DNA of 63,327 nt, filler included, from Vannella sp. (Eukaryota): assembly GCA_023345925.1 (NCBI GenBank). It is 8 parts of 8 records of this genome, joined end to end, with 100 filler letters (N's around TTAATTAATTAA, not from the genome) between each part and the next. Parts side by side here need not be neighbours in the genome. Positions count along the whole stretch, not along the records: positions 1 to 4,990 come from JAJQQN010001435.1; positions 5,091 to 12,511 come from JAJQQN010001010.1; 6 more parts are not named here. One strand, 5' to 3'. The first letter of the stretch is position 1; each line of letters opens with the position of its first letter. The translations under genes were made by a program, and so were the position numbers. Below are positions 1-12,511 of this stretch, one piece after another. The notes beneath the pieces were generated by a model, which did not search any database, was not told where the DNA came from, and worked only from the letters and a program-made list of their open reading frames with translations.

Positions 1-1212
1 TGCGGAGGGATTAGTATCTACGGCAACAACTATGCTTTGGTGTCTGTGCGACTGGGCAGTCAGCTGTCTTTCGTTGAAACTCATTCCCAAGGTCGAGGAG
101 GTTGTTTATGTCTCTTCCTTGCTCCCAATGCCACCTTTGTGGCTCTCTATACGCCCTCTAACATTGGCATGATATCAATGACTTCATGTTCTGCAGGAAA
201 TGAAGGAAATATCTTCCTGGAGGGCGGTGTAGCGACCTTCAGCAGTATTTATGGAAAGACACTCTCGTGAGTATCTCCCTTGGCCCTTTCCCGGACAGTT
301 CTCTTACAGAGGGTTGACAGGGCTTCTTCAGGGGCCTTCTTGTACGCGCAAGGTGCTTCCTATGTTCGCGTTCGTGGGGGAAACATTCAGAACACAACTA
401 CCACATCAGGGGGCTCTGCTTTTGCGATTTCCTCTAGCAGTGCCGTTTCAATTGATGACGTCAGTATTGTATCGTGCTCTGCAACAGGTGGTGATGCTTC
501 CGGTACTATTCTACTAGCGGGTGTCACGAATGTCCAATTGACATCTTTAACTTTGAGCCAGAACAAAGTAACTGGTTATGGAGTGAGTCCAGTCACTTGT
601 TATGAGACTCAACTGATGAATAAGTCGTGTAGGGGGGTATATTCCTCAGTGGGACAAGGAATCTGACCCTTTCTTCCTCCGTCTTTTCCTCCAACAATGC
701 GCGACTTGGCGCCTCCATTGGATGCGAAGGCGGTTCAGAGTCCACGATGGTGAACAACGTTGTGATGAACTTTGGTAGAACGAGTGACCCCGCTTTCCCT
801 GCGGACGTTTGGAGTGACGGCACTTGCGAATCCAACTTCTGGTATCCGCCCACCAGATGCCTCAACAACACCTGTGACACGTGTGCCGTACGACTATCCA
901 AAGTTATCTAGAAGTCTACTAACGTGGAGGTAGGGAGATGTTTGTTCTGACGCAGTCCTCTCATGTGAATGCTATTGCACGGGATCTCCTTCATTCAACT
1001 GCCCCTCCGCCACTCCAAGCCCAACACCCTCTTACATCCCATCTGCCATTGCTCCACCACCCCCGCCAGAGCCAATCAACCTGGGTATATGGGCCTACAT
1101 CGTCCTCATCACATTAGGGTTTGTGGTGGTGGCAGGGCTGGCGTCAGGCCTTTATTTTTGGAAGCAGAATCGAGGACGGGCTGTTTCCATGCCTTACCAA
1201 AACATAAATTAA
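1..1212 (+). CDS. 5'-partial single-pass surface protein: beta-helix/pectin-lyase-like repeats, Cys-rich segment, Pro/Ser stalk, TM, tail ending YQNIN; spliced
   Basis: ORFs 37-270 and 280-666 join across short GT-AG introns; GG-x-hydrophobic and xxN repeats; last exon reads CDAVLSCECYC...PPPPEPINLGIWAYIVLITLGFVVVAGLASGLYFWKQ...PYQNIN-TAA(1210-1212). Confidence 0.65.
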
Positions 1213-1268
1213 TCGGCTCCCTCAGAACATTCCACCAAAGTCAGTTTTTCTGCTCCTCCTGCGTCCTG

Positions 1269-2089
<821 letters not shown>

Positions 2090-2305
2090 GGTTGGAAGAG
2101 CTCCCTCCATTGCAACATGAGAATGAAAGGGCCAATACATTCTCTTCGACAGCGGTATGAGCTGACAATCAAGTCCGATCTCCCTTCAGCGTTTGTCGGG
2201 CTTTGGGAGCTTGCTTGAGAGCTTTGGATCGCAGCCAAGCAGAATTCGGGCAGATGTTGAGAAGGTGATCTCATTTTTCATTGCAAACGATTATTCTCTG
2301 CTGGC

Positions 2306-4684
2306 ATGTTGCGAGCTGCGCAAGTTGGGACGCGCAAGTTCGCCTCGCCCCACCTCCTGCGGGCTATCGTTCTGCGGGAGAAGAGTCACAAACCAGAGAA
2401 CGTACAGAACAGAACTGCACCCTTTAGTCCGGTTGGCAAGAACGAGTCCGAGCACATGCGCTACCACAGAGAGAACATCTGGAAGGCGGAGAAGGAGAAG
2501 ATCATCCTGGACCACGACTCCTTCTTAGGAGGACGCTTCAAGAATGAAGTCAATGATTTTATTACTTCTGCTGAAGAGATTGAGCGCCTCACGCCACGCA
2601 ATCCGGAGGAGCCATCTTTTGAAGATGTTCGTGGACGTATTGAGAGACAACTTGATCACATCAAGGTACCCACTGTTGCAGAAGACTTCAACCAGCGCCA
2701 ATCAGGCCAAGGAAACTATGGTGGCTCTGAGTTTGCCGAAGTTCGAGAGATTCTGAACCGAAGTGAGCGCCAATCAAGCAAGAGGGGGATTCCCACTCGC
2801 CAACCCGTGACCCCTGAAGAGGGGAAACTCCTTTCGTAAGCTACCAGTTCGTTCAATCAAGAAGCATTCTCACCCACCCGCAGGAAGTCTCGTACTATCC
2901 CTGAGATTGCTTTCATCCTCAAGCACGGCCAATCGGGATCAGTTGAACTTGATCGCCAATACCAGGAGGCTCTCCGGGTTGTGAACAAGACTCTTGCAGA
3001 TCCAGCGACACTGGCTGAGGCCCGAAAGATCCAACCTCGCCAGTCTTTCTTCTCCATTGATAAGGTTCTTGCTGATGGAGAGAAGGATCAACAGATCGTT
3101 GATTCCTATCGTATCTCGGCTGAACTTAAGCCGGAGGCTGAGGAACAAGATCCTCTCGCTCTGAAGATCGATCGGACCGAAGGGGAGGATCCTTTCCTCC
3201 TCGAGCATGATCGGTCTGAATCAGGAGAGAACCGAGACGTATCTCTGGAAGGAGAAGAACTCTACGTGAAGCAACTGGAACCACAAGAACCCAAGGAGAG
3301 CACGGTTACGAAACTAAGCGGTTTGGAGAGTTTACGCGAACACCTCTTCCGCAAGTACTCCATTGAAGTGATCGACACTGGCACAGTAACAAACAACTTC
3401 GCGGAAACTATGAACCCAGTGCCTCTGGCTATTCGTGACGATTGGCAAGAACGGGATGACCATCACGCGGACACCAGCGCATACGCACTCGATGGAACCC
3501 GCTTCTTTGCCTCTCTACCATCTCGCTCCACATTGAATATCTACGCTCCAACTGACGATGAGAATGAAGATGGAGAAGAGAAGGATGTAGAAGAGGAAGA
3601 GAAGGATGGAGAAGAGGGGGAGGATGATCAAGAGGATGAAGATGAGGAAGAAGGTGAAGATGAAGTTGGCAATAAGGCCTCTCTGAGAAAGATCGGGGCG
3701 TACAGACATGCCTGGAATGAGCTGGACGATCTTGAACCTCATCCTTTCCAGGCCAGTGCCGGCGCACGCGCTCTTGATTCAGGAGAGGCAGGAAACTACG
3801 CTGTACCAGATAATCTGACCGCGGATCAGGCACGCGTGATCAAAGCGCAACTGCGCGAAATGGGATCTACCCAGTCGTCCTCTTCTGTTCCTACCCATGA
3901 GGGAGAAGAAGAGGTTGAATTCGCCTCGCAACTGGACTTCCTCTTTGATCTGGACTACGAAAAAGATCTGGCAGAGATCGAAATGAATCTTGAGCCTGAA
4001 GAAGAGGAGCACAACGAAGAGGGGCAGGATGAGGAGGACGAAGAGAAAGAAGATGAGTTCACTCTCCAAGGAGACACTGATTCTACACGGGACGATAATG
4101 TTGGAGAGCTACAGAAGATCCTTCAAGATGAAGATTCTGATAATGGCCAACTCGAGGAAGTTCTTACGGACATGGTTAGAGAGCGAAGAGAACAATTCAG
4201 AGTCCCTGACTTCAGCAACTTTGACATTGAGACCATTTTGGAAGAGGGAGGGAGTGTCCGCCAGGTGGAGGATGCCTTCCATGAACTCCTCTTGGGTGAG
4301 AAGCCCTCCGAGGTCCTCGAAGACGATCTCTTTTACAATCACATTCCATCTGATGTACTGCCTGCCAAAGATTTCCTCCGCAAGATGAAAGAAGCCTTTG
4401 GTGATAACCCTCCTGCAGAGGTGTATGACGAAGGCATAGTCGCTTATGTTCGGACGGAGAACTTGCGCCAGGCAATGCACTTGTTATCCGACATGAAAAA
4501 GAATCAATTGACCCCTTCAGAAGAATCCTATGCCGCTGTGGTCGAGGGATTCTACCACAACTTTGACATCCTTGGTGGAGACTTTTTGGCAAAGGAGATG
4601 CGTGCTGTCTATCCCAACAGCACCCCTCCCACATTGGAGGTTGTTACTGAAGAGAAGGACCCTCGCTGCTCTCTTGATGCGTAA
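2306..4684 (+). CDS. Probable mitochondrial protein with long acidic region and C-terminal PPR motifs; intron about 2836-2883
   Basis: Arg-rich, acid-free N-terminus (MLRAAQVGTRKFAS); GTAAGC...CAG intron joins ORFs 2306 and 2981; PPR-like motifs VYDEGIVAYVRTENLRQAMHLLSDMKKNQLTPSEESYAAVVEGF. Confidence 0.75.
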
Positions 4685-4750
4685 GATTCCGATAAAGACC
4701 CAACTCATGAAAGACCTCGACGTTGAGCTCCCAAATAAGCACATTCACGT

Positions 4751-4878
4751 CAAAAAATCTGAGATCGAATTCGGCTTCCGATCGCAGCTAGTTTCTTTCG
4801 CAATTCAGAAACTAGCTGCGATCGCAAAAAATCTGAGATCGAATTCGCCTTCCGATCGCAGCTAGTTTCTGAATTGCG
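4751..4878. repeat. Nested direct/inverted repeat: 46-nt direct repeat (4751-4796, 4825-4870) plus perfect 26-nt inverted repeat (4799-4824, 4853-4878)
   Basis: Read directly; the direct copies differ at one base. Confidence 0.95.
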
Positions 4879-4880
4879 TG

Positions 4881-4990
4881 ATGAACAAGAACAAGGCCGA
4901 GTCAGCCGATGGCTGCTTGCGCCTCAAGGTGGAGAACAACAAAGACTGGGACTATGTCACCCTGGCTTTCCAGGACAAGTTCTACTTCTC
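4881..4990 (+). CDS. Possible 5' end of an unknown gene, truncated by the contig end
   Basis: ATG-initiated open frame MNKNKAESADGCLRLKVENNKDWDYVTLAFQDKFYF runs into the gap. Confidence 0.35.
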
Positions 4991-5090
4991 NNNNNNNNNN
5001 NNNNNNNNNNNNNNNNNNNNNNNNNNNNNNNNNNTTAATTAATTAANNNNNNNNNNNNNNNNNNNNNNNNNNNNNNNNNNNNNNNNNNNN
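4991..5090. other. Artificial contig spacer N44-TTAATTAATTAA-N44; identical spacers at 12512-12611, 18374-18473, 23920-24019, 34562-34661, 43574-43673, 54022-54121
   Basis: Seven identical 100-nt N-padded linkers carrying a 12-mer with stops in all six frames. Confidence 0.98.
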
Positions 5091-5214
5091 CACCATTCCA
5101 ATGATGTTATGATCAGATAAACGGCTCTCTGCACATACCTGGCGTCTCCCAAGGGAAGGAAGAGCTCTTCCGCGCAAGGGAGAGGGAACAAAGGACCATT
5201 TCGTTGGCGTCGGG

Positions 5215-7737
5215 ATGTCGAAAACGCCGCCCCGGAAGACGACGCTTCTGAAGAAGCCCTCGGGCTTGATACCCACATCCATCGTGCATCGTCAGGCCAA
5301 GAAGGACATGGAAGAGCTCATCAGGCGCATTGGTGAGGACGACCCCACTCTCAAGGAGGTCAGCATCCCGGGCCAGAAGATCACCACCGCGCTCTACAAC
5401 GACATGCTGGACGCTTTTGAGAAGAACCACACCGTGACCAACATCGACATCTCTTCCAATTCACTTCAGGACATCGGTGTATGCGAGCTATTCACCCGTT
5501 TGTTGATTTCGGGGAGTCGGATGATTCGTGTCGTCAATGTCAGGTATGTGGGGCCCTTCTCGCTCTTCTAGTCGATGCTTTGTGTATCTGATCATGTTCT
5601 CTCCTTTCTCTAGCAACAACGGGCTCTCTAAGACGACAGGGAAGAAGATATCCGAATACTTGTCGTACCACTTCCATGTCTCCAACATCCTCTATGAGGA
5701 CTACATTGGCACGACCCTGAGTGAGTCAGGGCTTACAACAGACCGCAGATTCGACAAAAAGGCACTGGGAGAGAACCTTCGACAGAAGATTGAGACCAAA
5801 CTCGCCTCCAACCGGAAGATGCTCAATGTGAGTCCCCCCTACCGCCTCTCCCAGTGGTCACATCATGAAACCTAACACTATCTTAGTTCCTCAACTTGGG
5901 AACGAACCGATTCGAGTGCTGGGACCGAAACGTCAAGACATTGACGTCGGTCCTTCGTGAACACTGGGGAGAGCGCGTAGTGTCCTTGGACTTTACCAAG
6001 AACTCCATAACAGAGCTCCCTGATGTCGTAGGGAGCTACATCCACCTCGAGGAGTTCATCTTCTCGCACAACCAGTTGTGGGAATTCCCTGAATGGCTCG
6101 ACCAGCTGGTCAGCCTTCGTGTGATTGACGTTTCGTACAATGAAATGGGGAAGATACCTGACCAGTTCAAGACTCTCTTGCACTTGGAGACTCTGGTGGT
6201 GAACAACAACAAGATTCGGTACCTTCCGCTCTTCCTAGCGACTCTCCCGAAGCTCAAGATCCTCTCTTGCACAGGGAACCCTATCAAGAACGTTCCTGAG
6301 CAGGTCTTGCAAGCAAGCAGAGACGCAAACCCCGCGGCTTTGGACTTTTTGAAGAAGAAACTTTCCGAAATGGCGGAAGGGGATGCGGATTTGGATGATT
6401 TGAACATTGCTGATGCTGCGGTAGTATGTCTCCTTCGTAAGGAACGTAAGGAGAACCCGAACTTTCAAATGCAGCTGCCAGAGAAGGTCCTGCCCTTTGA
6501 AGAGAAGTTTGTTTGCAATGCGCTGTTTCCTTCTTGCAACTCGGCTCCTACGGCCATTCAAAAGATCAATGATGGAATCTGGTGTGGGACAGCTGATGGC
6601 TCTATCTACCATTGGGACTGCAGGACCATGCAACTCCGTGAGAAACGCGAGAAAGTTCTGCCCGCGCCCATTTTGGCGATTATTGAGATTCCTGCGGCGA
6701 ATGAGGTCTGGATTGGAGGACGCTGTAACGTTATAAGTATTCTCCCTATTAGGGTGAGTGGCCCTCCTTCATAGAGGGCTGGTGGGAACCTAACCTGGCT
6801 GTAGGAGAAAGAAGGGGAGACGGGGGACACCCAAATCTTCCTTGAGGAGCAATTCATTCAGTCTATGATTTACGTTAGTGAGTCAGACAGAGTCTGGGTG
6901 GCTTCCTCGGATACCATCACTTCCATTGATGTTGAAGTGAGTTGAATTACCTGGAAGAGACTCTTTTGCTGACCCTGAGAGAAGAAAAAAGTCAAAACAG
7001 GGAACATCACCATGGAGTTTCCAGTCCATTCCCTCTTGTACCACCAACACTTGATCTGGGCGGGCTGTGGAGATGGGCATATCTACATTATGAAGAAGTC
7101 TGGGGTGGTGAACTTGAAGATACCTGCGAGCACTAGTATGGTCTTCAAACTCTGTGCAGCTGGGTCGTTCGTGTGGTCATCGTCCCCTGAAGATCACGTC
7201 AAAGTATGGATTCAACCCGCTCCCGACGAGGTTCACTGTGTGGCGACTTGCCCAGTAGACGGAACGGGACTCCATCTGATGACAGCTTCAAGAACAGCGG
7301 AGACTATGTACACTGTGAGTGGGAGTAACTTCGAGCTATTGCAGTTCTCCCCAACTGGTCGGCTGCTCACAAAGTACTCTTCTCTCCATCAAAACCACAT
7401 CACTGCCATCGGCTGGAGTGTGTCACCGGACCGCCTTTGGACCGCTGACGAAGATGGGTTGGTCTGCTACCACGAACTGAAACTGGGAAAGAAAACAATC
7501 GAACGTTTGGGGCGCTCACGAGACTCTGTACTGGTCCCTATTATCCGCCCTGATTCAACAAACACACTAGCCTTTGACTCTGTAGGGTCCCCTCCTGGAG
7601 AATCCAAGATGGTGCGAAGGGGCTCTGAAAGGGCCGAGGCGAATTGGTCGGGGTTCAGTCCTTCTCGCGAGCGAGGGAAGAGCTTCTTGGAAAGATCTTT
7701 CGCGAATCCTTCCCCTCCATTGCCAGATTCAGATTAA
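5215..7737 (+). CDS. Multi-exon protein: RI/tropomodulin-like LRR, typical LRRs, then WD40-like beta-propeller
   Basis: HTVTNIDISSNSLQDIG; LxxLxxxxNxLxxLP repeats (SLDFTKNSITELP, VIDVSYNEMGKIP); propeller blades IWCGTADGSIYHWD, IWAGCGDGHIYI, LWTADEDGLV; short GT-AG introns between ORFs. Confidence 0.8.
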
Positions 7738-8038
7738 GAATGAACCGTCCATTGACTTTAACCCAGCCACACTTGGAGTCCCATCCATAGGCTTCTTCCT
7801 TCACTCTCCGTGGTCGATGGGAGAGCGGGATCGAGTAGCTGGGAATGAACCCTTTCTCTATTCTCAGTTACGTTTTATTACGTGGTCCAGACACTGCCAG
7901 TCTCATCTAGAGGCAAAGAGGTCCCAAAAAGAGTTCCGGCAAGACACTTTTCGATTCGAAGGGACTTGGTTTGATTCCGGCTCAAAGTATGAGAGCATTA
8001 GATGGAGTAAGATGGTTCAGAGTCAGTGAGTCGATCAT

Positions 8039-8678
8039 TCAAACGAATTGGATTTGGCAAGCGTTGGGAAGTAGCTTTTGATAAGTCATTTTGACAGAAC
8101 GGAGGAATGCGATGCCCAGCACCACGTTAGCGCACATAAGGAGCACTATAAGCAATACAACTAGAGCCAACCACACATCCTGCCAATTGAAGTAGCCAAT
8201 CGTGCCCAAAACACCCAAAACCAGCCAAATAGCCAGAACGACGGTCAAGCATGCGGTCGTGATCAAATGGAGCCCCAAAGTGATCGTTGGCTTGGATTGA
8301 GAGTGGGTTAGCATAGAACAGGTGGTTTGAAAGCAAACTCACAACAGGGATGAGACGGGGGCTCTTGCTTGATACCCCTGCGATGATGAGGATGACGCAA
8401 ACCCCTGGAATAGAGGCGTAGGATAGCACCAGAGACAAGAAAAGTAACCAAAACTCAGCACCAAAGTAAACGTATAGAACTACAAGGACATAACACCAGA
8501 AGAGACCTCCTACATACTGCAAAAGCGAGAAAACCTGGCGTGGATCACCTGTTAGGCGCCTTCAACCACTAGTTCCCCTACTTACCACCATGAGTCCTGC
8601 CAACAGGGGGAATGCTATCTTATTGTCGCCTTTTGGACCACTTTCCTCCAACAACGGAGCACTCTCGAAGAGGTCCAT
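8039..8678 (-). CDS. Small multi-pass membrane protein, 2 introns
   Basis: Spliced frame MDLFESAPLLEESGPKGDNKIAFPLLAGLMV|VFSLLQYVGG...LIPV|PTITLGLH...; several hydrophobic helices. Confidence 0.65.
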
Positions 8679-8802
8679 GACGAATCAGGGCCGTTGGGAA
8701 ATGTTAAGGCTCCTTGAAGTTCTCGCTTCTTTGATGGAAAGACCAAACGTAGAGCAGATCATCGGGCTCGTGCTTGGAGGAAAGTGACTTGTCCTTCTTT
8801 TT

Positions 8803-9140
8803 GAGAGAGTTCGCTGCCCCTCTAAACCACGTCTGCTGGCCTCCGTTGAAAAGTGCTTCAATTCGACTGGCACCAATGCGAATGATGATTTTATATGTTT
8901 TTAAGAGGGCCACTTTTCCTTCGCTTGAGAGGATGGCTCTCTCGTGGCCAATGGACGCAAATACGAGTTCTGCCCTGTTCCCCTTCACTCATGGATTCTC
9001 GAAGTTATGGCGCCCAATAAGTGGCTGAGAGGAGGTCCACCCGAGCACTCCATACTCAAAAGTGATGGAGGTCATCAGGACACTCTACGCAAACACGAGT
9101 TGGGAACCTCTTCCCCTTCGCTCGTAGATTCGACCGAAAG
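8803..9140 (+). repeat. Longest copy of a dispersed repeat, upstream of the RCC1 gene
   Basis: 8865-8936 matches 21385-21456 at 67/72 nt; 9064-9130 matches the reverse complement of 23847-23915; diverged copy at about 17442-17530. Confidence 0.85.
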
Positions 9141-9151
9141 GCCATTTCTTC

Positions 9152-10237
9152 ATGTTCCTCTCCGCGGCGAGTCATTCCACCTTCGTCCTGGATGGGGAAG
9201 CAGTGTTGTGGGGGTTTGGACTCAATGTAGATGGACAGCTTGGTCTGGGACATCGTGAAGAGACGCCAACACCAGCTATTGTACCGTGGCCTTCTGAACG
9301 GGCGAGTGTGCTCAGCGTTGTTGCGGGAAGCCGCCATGCAGTTCTCCTTGATGCTGACGGAGCAGTATGGGTCGCAGGCAATGCATTGTATGGTAGACCG
9401 CCACTTCTAACCTTCCAAGCGATGGAAGGACTCCCTTCCATCAAGCTGGTCGCTTGCGGACACCAACACACGATGGCACTGGACGAGAGCGGGAAACTGT
9501 GGTCGTTTGGCACAAGCAATGAACACTCACAGATGGGATGGACTGGCTCTCCGGTGGAAGCTCCTCGTGCCATCGCCAAGTTGCCTCCCATTCGATTGGT
9601 GGCGTGCGGGGGCCAATTTACCGTCGCAGAGGCGGAAGATGGAGGCCTTTGGGTGTCTGGGAGGAACAACTTTGGTCAGTTAGGACTTGGAGACATTACA
9701 GGGCGTATTCGCCCCATCCGTGTGCCAGACTTTGGCTTGCCAGACGGTCCCTTGCTTGCTCTGGCGGCTGGGGAAGCTTTCTCTGTCCTTCTAGACTCAC
9801 AAGGAAGAGCATGGAGCTGCGGAAACAATGAGATAGGCCAGCTAGGCCGAACTGAAGGCGATACAACCCTTTTCCACCTCATAGAAGGAGTGACTGACTT
9901 GGTCTCTTTGGCCGTTGGATCCTCCCAAGTGATGGCCCAAGACATTGATGGCCAGTTGTGGGGGTGGGGCTATAGCTGTTTCGAAGCTAGTCCCATTTCT
10001 TACGACCAAAGGCAGACTCCCAACAAGTCTGGATCCGTCGGCCTTTGGCACACAGTGGCAGCTGGACACGACCATTCTGCTTTTTCAGACGAGAATGGGG
10101 CTCTAGTGCTTCGTGGACGAAACCGATTTGGCCAACTTGGCAATGGGGAACTGGGGGAAAGCCGGTCAGACACGAAGTCATCTTTAACGTTGGCAGGAGT
10201 GTTCCGCAGCAAAGCCAAAAGTGCTCGCCGTGAGTGA
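9152..10237 (+). CDS. Intronless RCC1-repeat protein
   Basis: Repeated GxNxxGQLG and VACGxxHT/F motifs (GLNVDGQLGLG, GRNNFGQLGLG, GNNEIGQLG, GRNRFGQLG); ends KAKSARRE. Confidence 0.9.
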   Translation: MFLSAASHSTFVLDGEAVLWGFGLNVDGQLGLGHREETPTPAIVPWPSERASVLSVVAGSRHAVLLDADGAVWVAGNALYGRPPLLTFQAMEGLPSIKLVACGHQHTMALDESGKLWSFGTSNEHSQMGWTGSPVEAPRAIAKLPPIRLVACGGQFTVAEAEDGGLWVSGRNNFGQLGLGDITGRIRPIRVPDFGLPDGPLLALAAGEAFSVLLDSQGRAWSCGNNEIGQLGRTEGDTTLFHLIEGVTDLVSLAVGSSQVMAQDIDGQLWGWGYSCFEASPISYDQRQTPNKSGSVGLWHTVAAGHDHSAFSDENGALVLRGRNRFGQLGNGELGESRSDTKSSLTLAGVFRSKAKSARRE

Positions 10238-11234
10238 GGATAATGCGCATTGAACATCCGGCGAGGATCGGTCATTAAAGAGGGTTTCTCGCACTCAGTC
10301 AGAGAAGAGCGTATTGTTCAAACTCTCTTAATTCTATGGGTGAGTTAAGTGCCGTGCATTATCATTACTGATGGATGCAGGCTAGGAAGCGATTTCTTCT
10401 TGTGGTTGGGACTGCTCTCTGACTTAAGGGGTGATTTTTGGGTGATGTATGCCACTTTTGGGTGGGAAATGCGTTCTATCTCGGGCATCAACGGTCACCT
10501 GGCGTTCTTCTCCTCAGCTGGAAGACTTCCATTGATTGGAATGTCCAAGGGAGGGCTTTCTGCTTGATAGTGGCGATTCCAAGGTTATCAATACTTGGTG
10601 TTTTGGATGGGAAGAGGGAGGTGTTGGAGTACTTACTGAACGGATCCAGGGTTAAAGGTGAAGGTGTTTGCTCAACGTTCGAATGGGTACCATGGAGAAG
10701 GAAGCACTTATTCTGAGCATTCTGATTCGTTGCAATGATGACGAGCCTTCCCAACGTTGTTCGCCTTGAAAGGCAGAAACACTCCCTCCAAAGGAAGAGA
10801 TAACCAAGATGTCTCTAACACGCAAGTCAGAGGCTCATCTTCTGATATCGGGTTCGTGCGCCAGACGCAAATGGCGCTTATGAAGATGAATCCCGCGAGC
10901 GCAGGAGTTAGAGTGGTCGAAGAATCTGATTGCATCATACAAAGTCTTTCTGAACTTCTACATCCTCATTAGGTCTGGAGGATACTCACGTCGCCAGGGA
11001 TGAAGAAAACAATCGGGGTGGATGGAGAATCGAAAAGAAGTCATAAAAACTCGGCAAAATTCATCGATTAGAAGGGAAAACCTTCGATGAAGTGCAGATG
11101 GAGCAGTTTTGGGTCGTCTCTAGTATAACATGTGAAGATGGTATGAAGTAAGTGAACGAGCATGTTCCTCAAACCCATTGCATGAGCAGCCTGGTCATTC
11201 AATTTTCAAAGTTGTCAGTTTATGGTGATCGTAA

Positions 11235-12511
11235 CTAAGTCTGCATGGCATTTTGCGCATCAACGATTGTCTGTGTCAAGTACTTGTCCAATTTGCGCTG
11301 CTTCCAGCGGACGTGCATTTCAACAGCCAATGAAGACAGCGTTACAAACAGAACTGCTACGGCCACCATCCCAAGTGATACCCAAGAAAGGGTGTTATCC
11401 GATCTTGATTGACAGGGCTCTTGTACATTGCTGCCGAGTAAAAGAAGAGCAAAGTTAGTGAGGTGGCCAGTTTGGCCGCACAGAAGGATCTCTTCCTCAG
11501 TTGCAGATCCAGTTCCTTTGTTGGTGATGGTAGCGAGACACTTGTCTTCGCATTTCCATTTGTCCTCGCGGTTGTCGTAATAGCTAAGACACACCTCGTT
11601 ACTCTTGATTGAGGTCTTGGAAGGCGCAAGGCAGATGGTCAACTCCGAGTCCAAATGAGTGATTAAGTTGTCTTGGTTATCTTCAAGTGTGATGTTCACA
11701 ACAGCACTCGCCAAATCTTGTTCATTGGCAGGGAGTACTTGATTTCTCTCAAAGTAGGAAGCTGTCAAAGTGGTATTCAGCTTTCTAGTCAAGTCAGGCG
11801 AAGCCACCAGGATTCCAATAACTCCTTTTCCTAGGGAACCACTGGGCAGCTGTATTCTTTCGTCAACATTCAATTCTGCCACTTCCACTTGGATAACAAT
11901 CGGGGTTTCTACGGAACTAATAGTAGAGGTGAAAGATGGAGTTGGGTTAGTGAAGGGTGTGGAAGAAGTAGTGAGAGACCTGGCATTACTCCTGGATACA
12001 AAAGAGCTAGTCGCCAAAGAAACACTGGCTGGATGAGAAGAACTGGAGATCTGAGATTCTCTCACACTCTCTGTTCCAGAGGAAGAAACAGAAGCCTTCC
12101 CAACAATACTCATAGAAGGGTATGGAGAAGTTGTTTCCGATTCAATCCGAGTCTCACTTGAGGAGGGCGGGGGCGATATCGTCTGGCCACTGTTAAGTGA
12201 CACGGTAACAGATTCAGTTCTGCTTGCACTTTCACTCTTGGTGAGGCTTGTGCTTTTAGTAGAGGATCTGGATCTACTTCCAGTTGAAGAGGACGTTTCC
12301 GAAAATGAGGGACTTGGACTTGTGCTTGGTGAACTCGAACTCGAACCAGTGTAACTCAAACTGGGAGAAGGAGAATTCGATAGAGAACCACTGTGACTGG
12401 GAGAAGGAGAACTCGATAAAGAACTAGTGTAACTCATACTGGGAGGAGGAGAAATCGACAAAGAACCACTATGACTGGGAGAACTCGACAAAGAACTAGT
12501 GTAACTTAAAC
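11235..12511 (-). CDS. 5'-partial surface protein: Ser/Thr/Pro-rich stalk, GPS/GAIN-type domain, single TM, short tail
   Basis: CLSYY...WKCEDKC...CGQTGHLTNFALLL (GPS consensus with HL|T), then hydrophobic WVSLGMVAVAVLFVTLSSLAV and basic RWKQRK. Confidence 0.85.

Noticed and set aside
5035..5046. Recurrent TTAATTAATTAA palindrome as a biological motif
   Set aside because: Always centred in identical N padding; it is an artificial contig linker, so gene neighbourhoods across it are meaningless
8933..9151. Stop-codon reassignment or readthrough (in-frame TGA 9026 and TAG 9125 upstream of RCC1)
   Set aside because: TAA, TAG and TGA all terminate conserved genes here (Rab2, CKS1, kish); the segment is repeat-derived and has indels relative to the 23838 copy
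10349..10972. PARP-like (FLLHGT) gene or another KSAR-type tail (EEKNAR-stop) on the minus strand
   Set aside because: Short fragments in different frames with no supporting motifs; cannot be called
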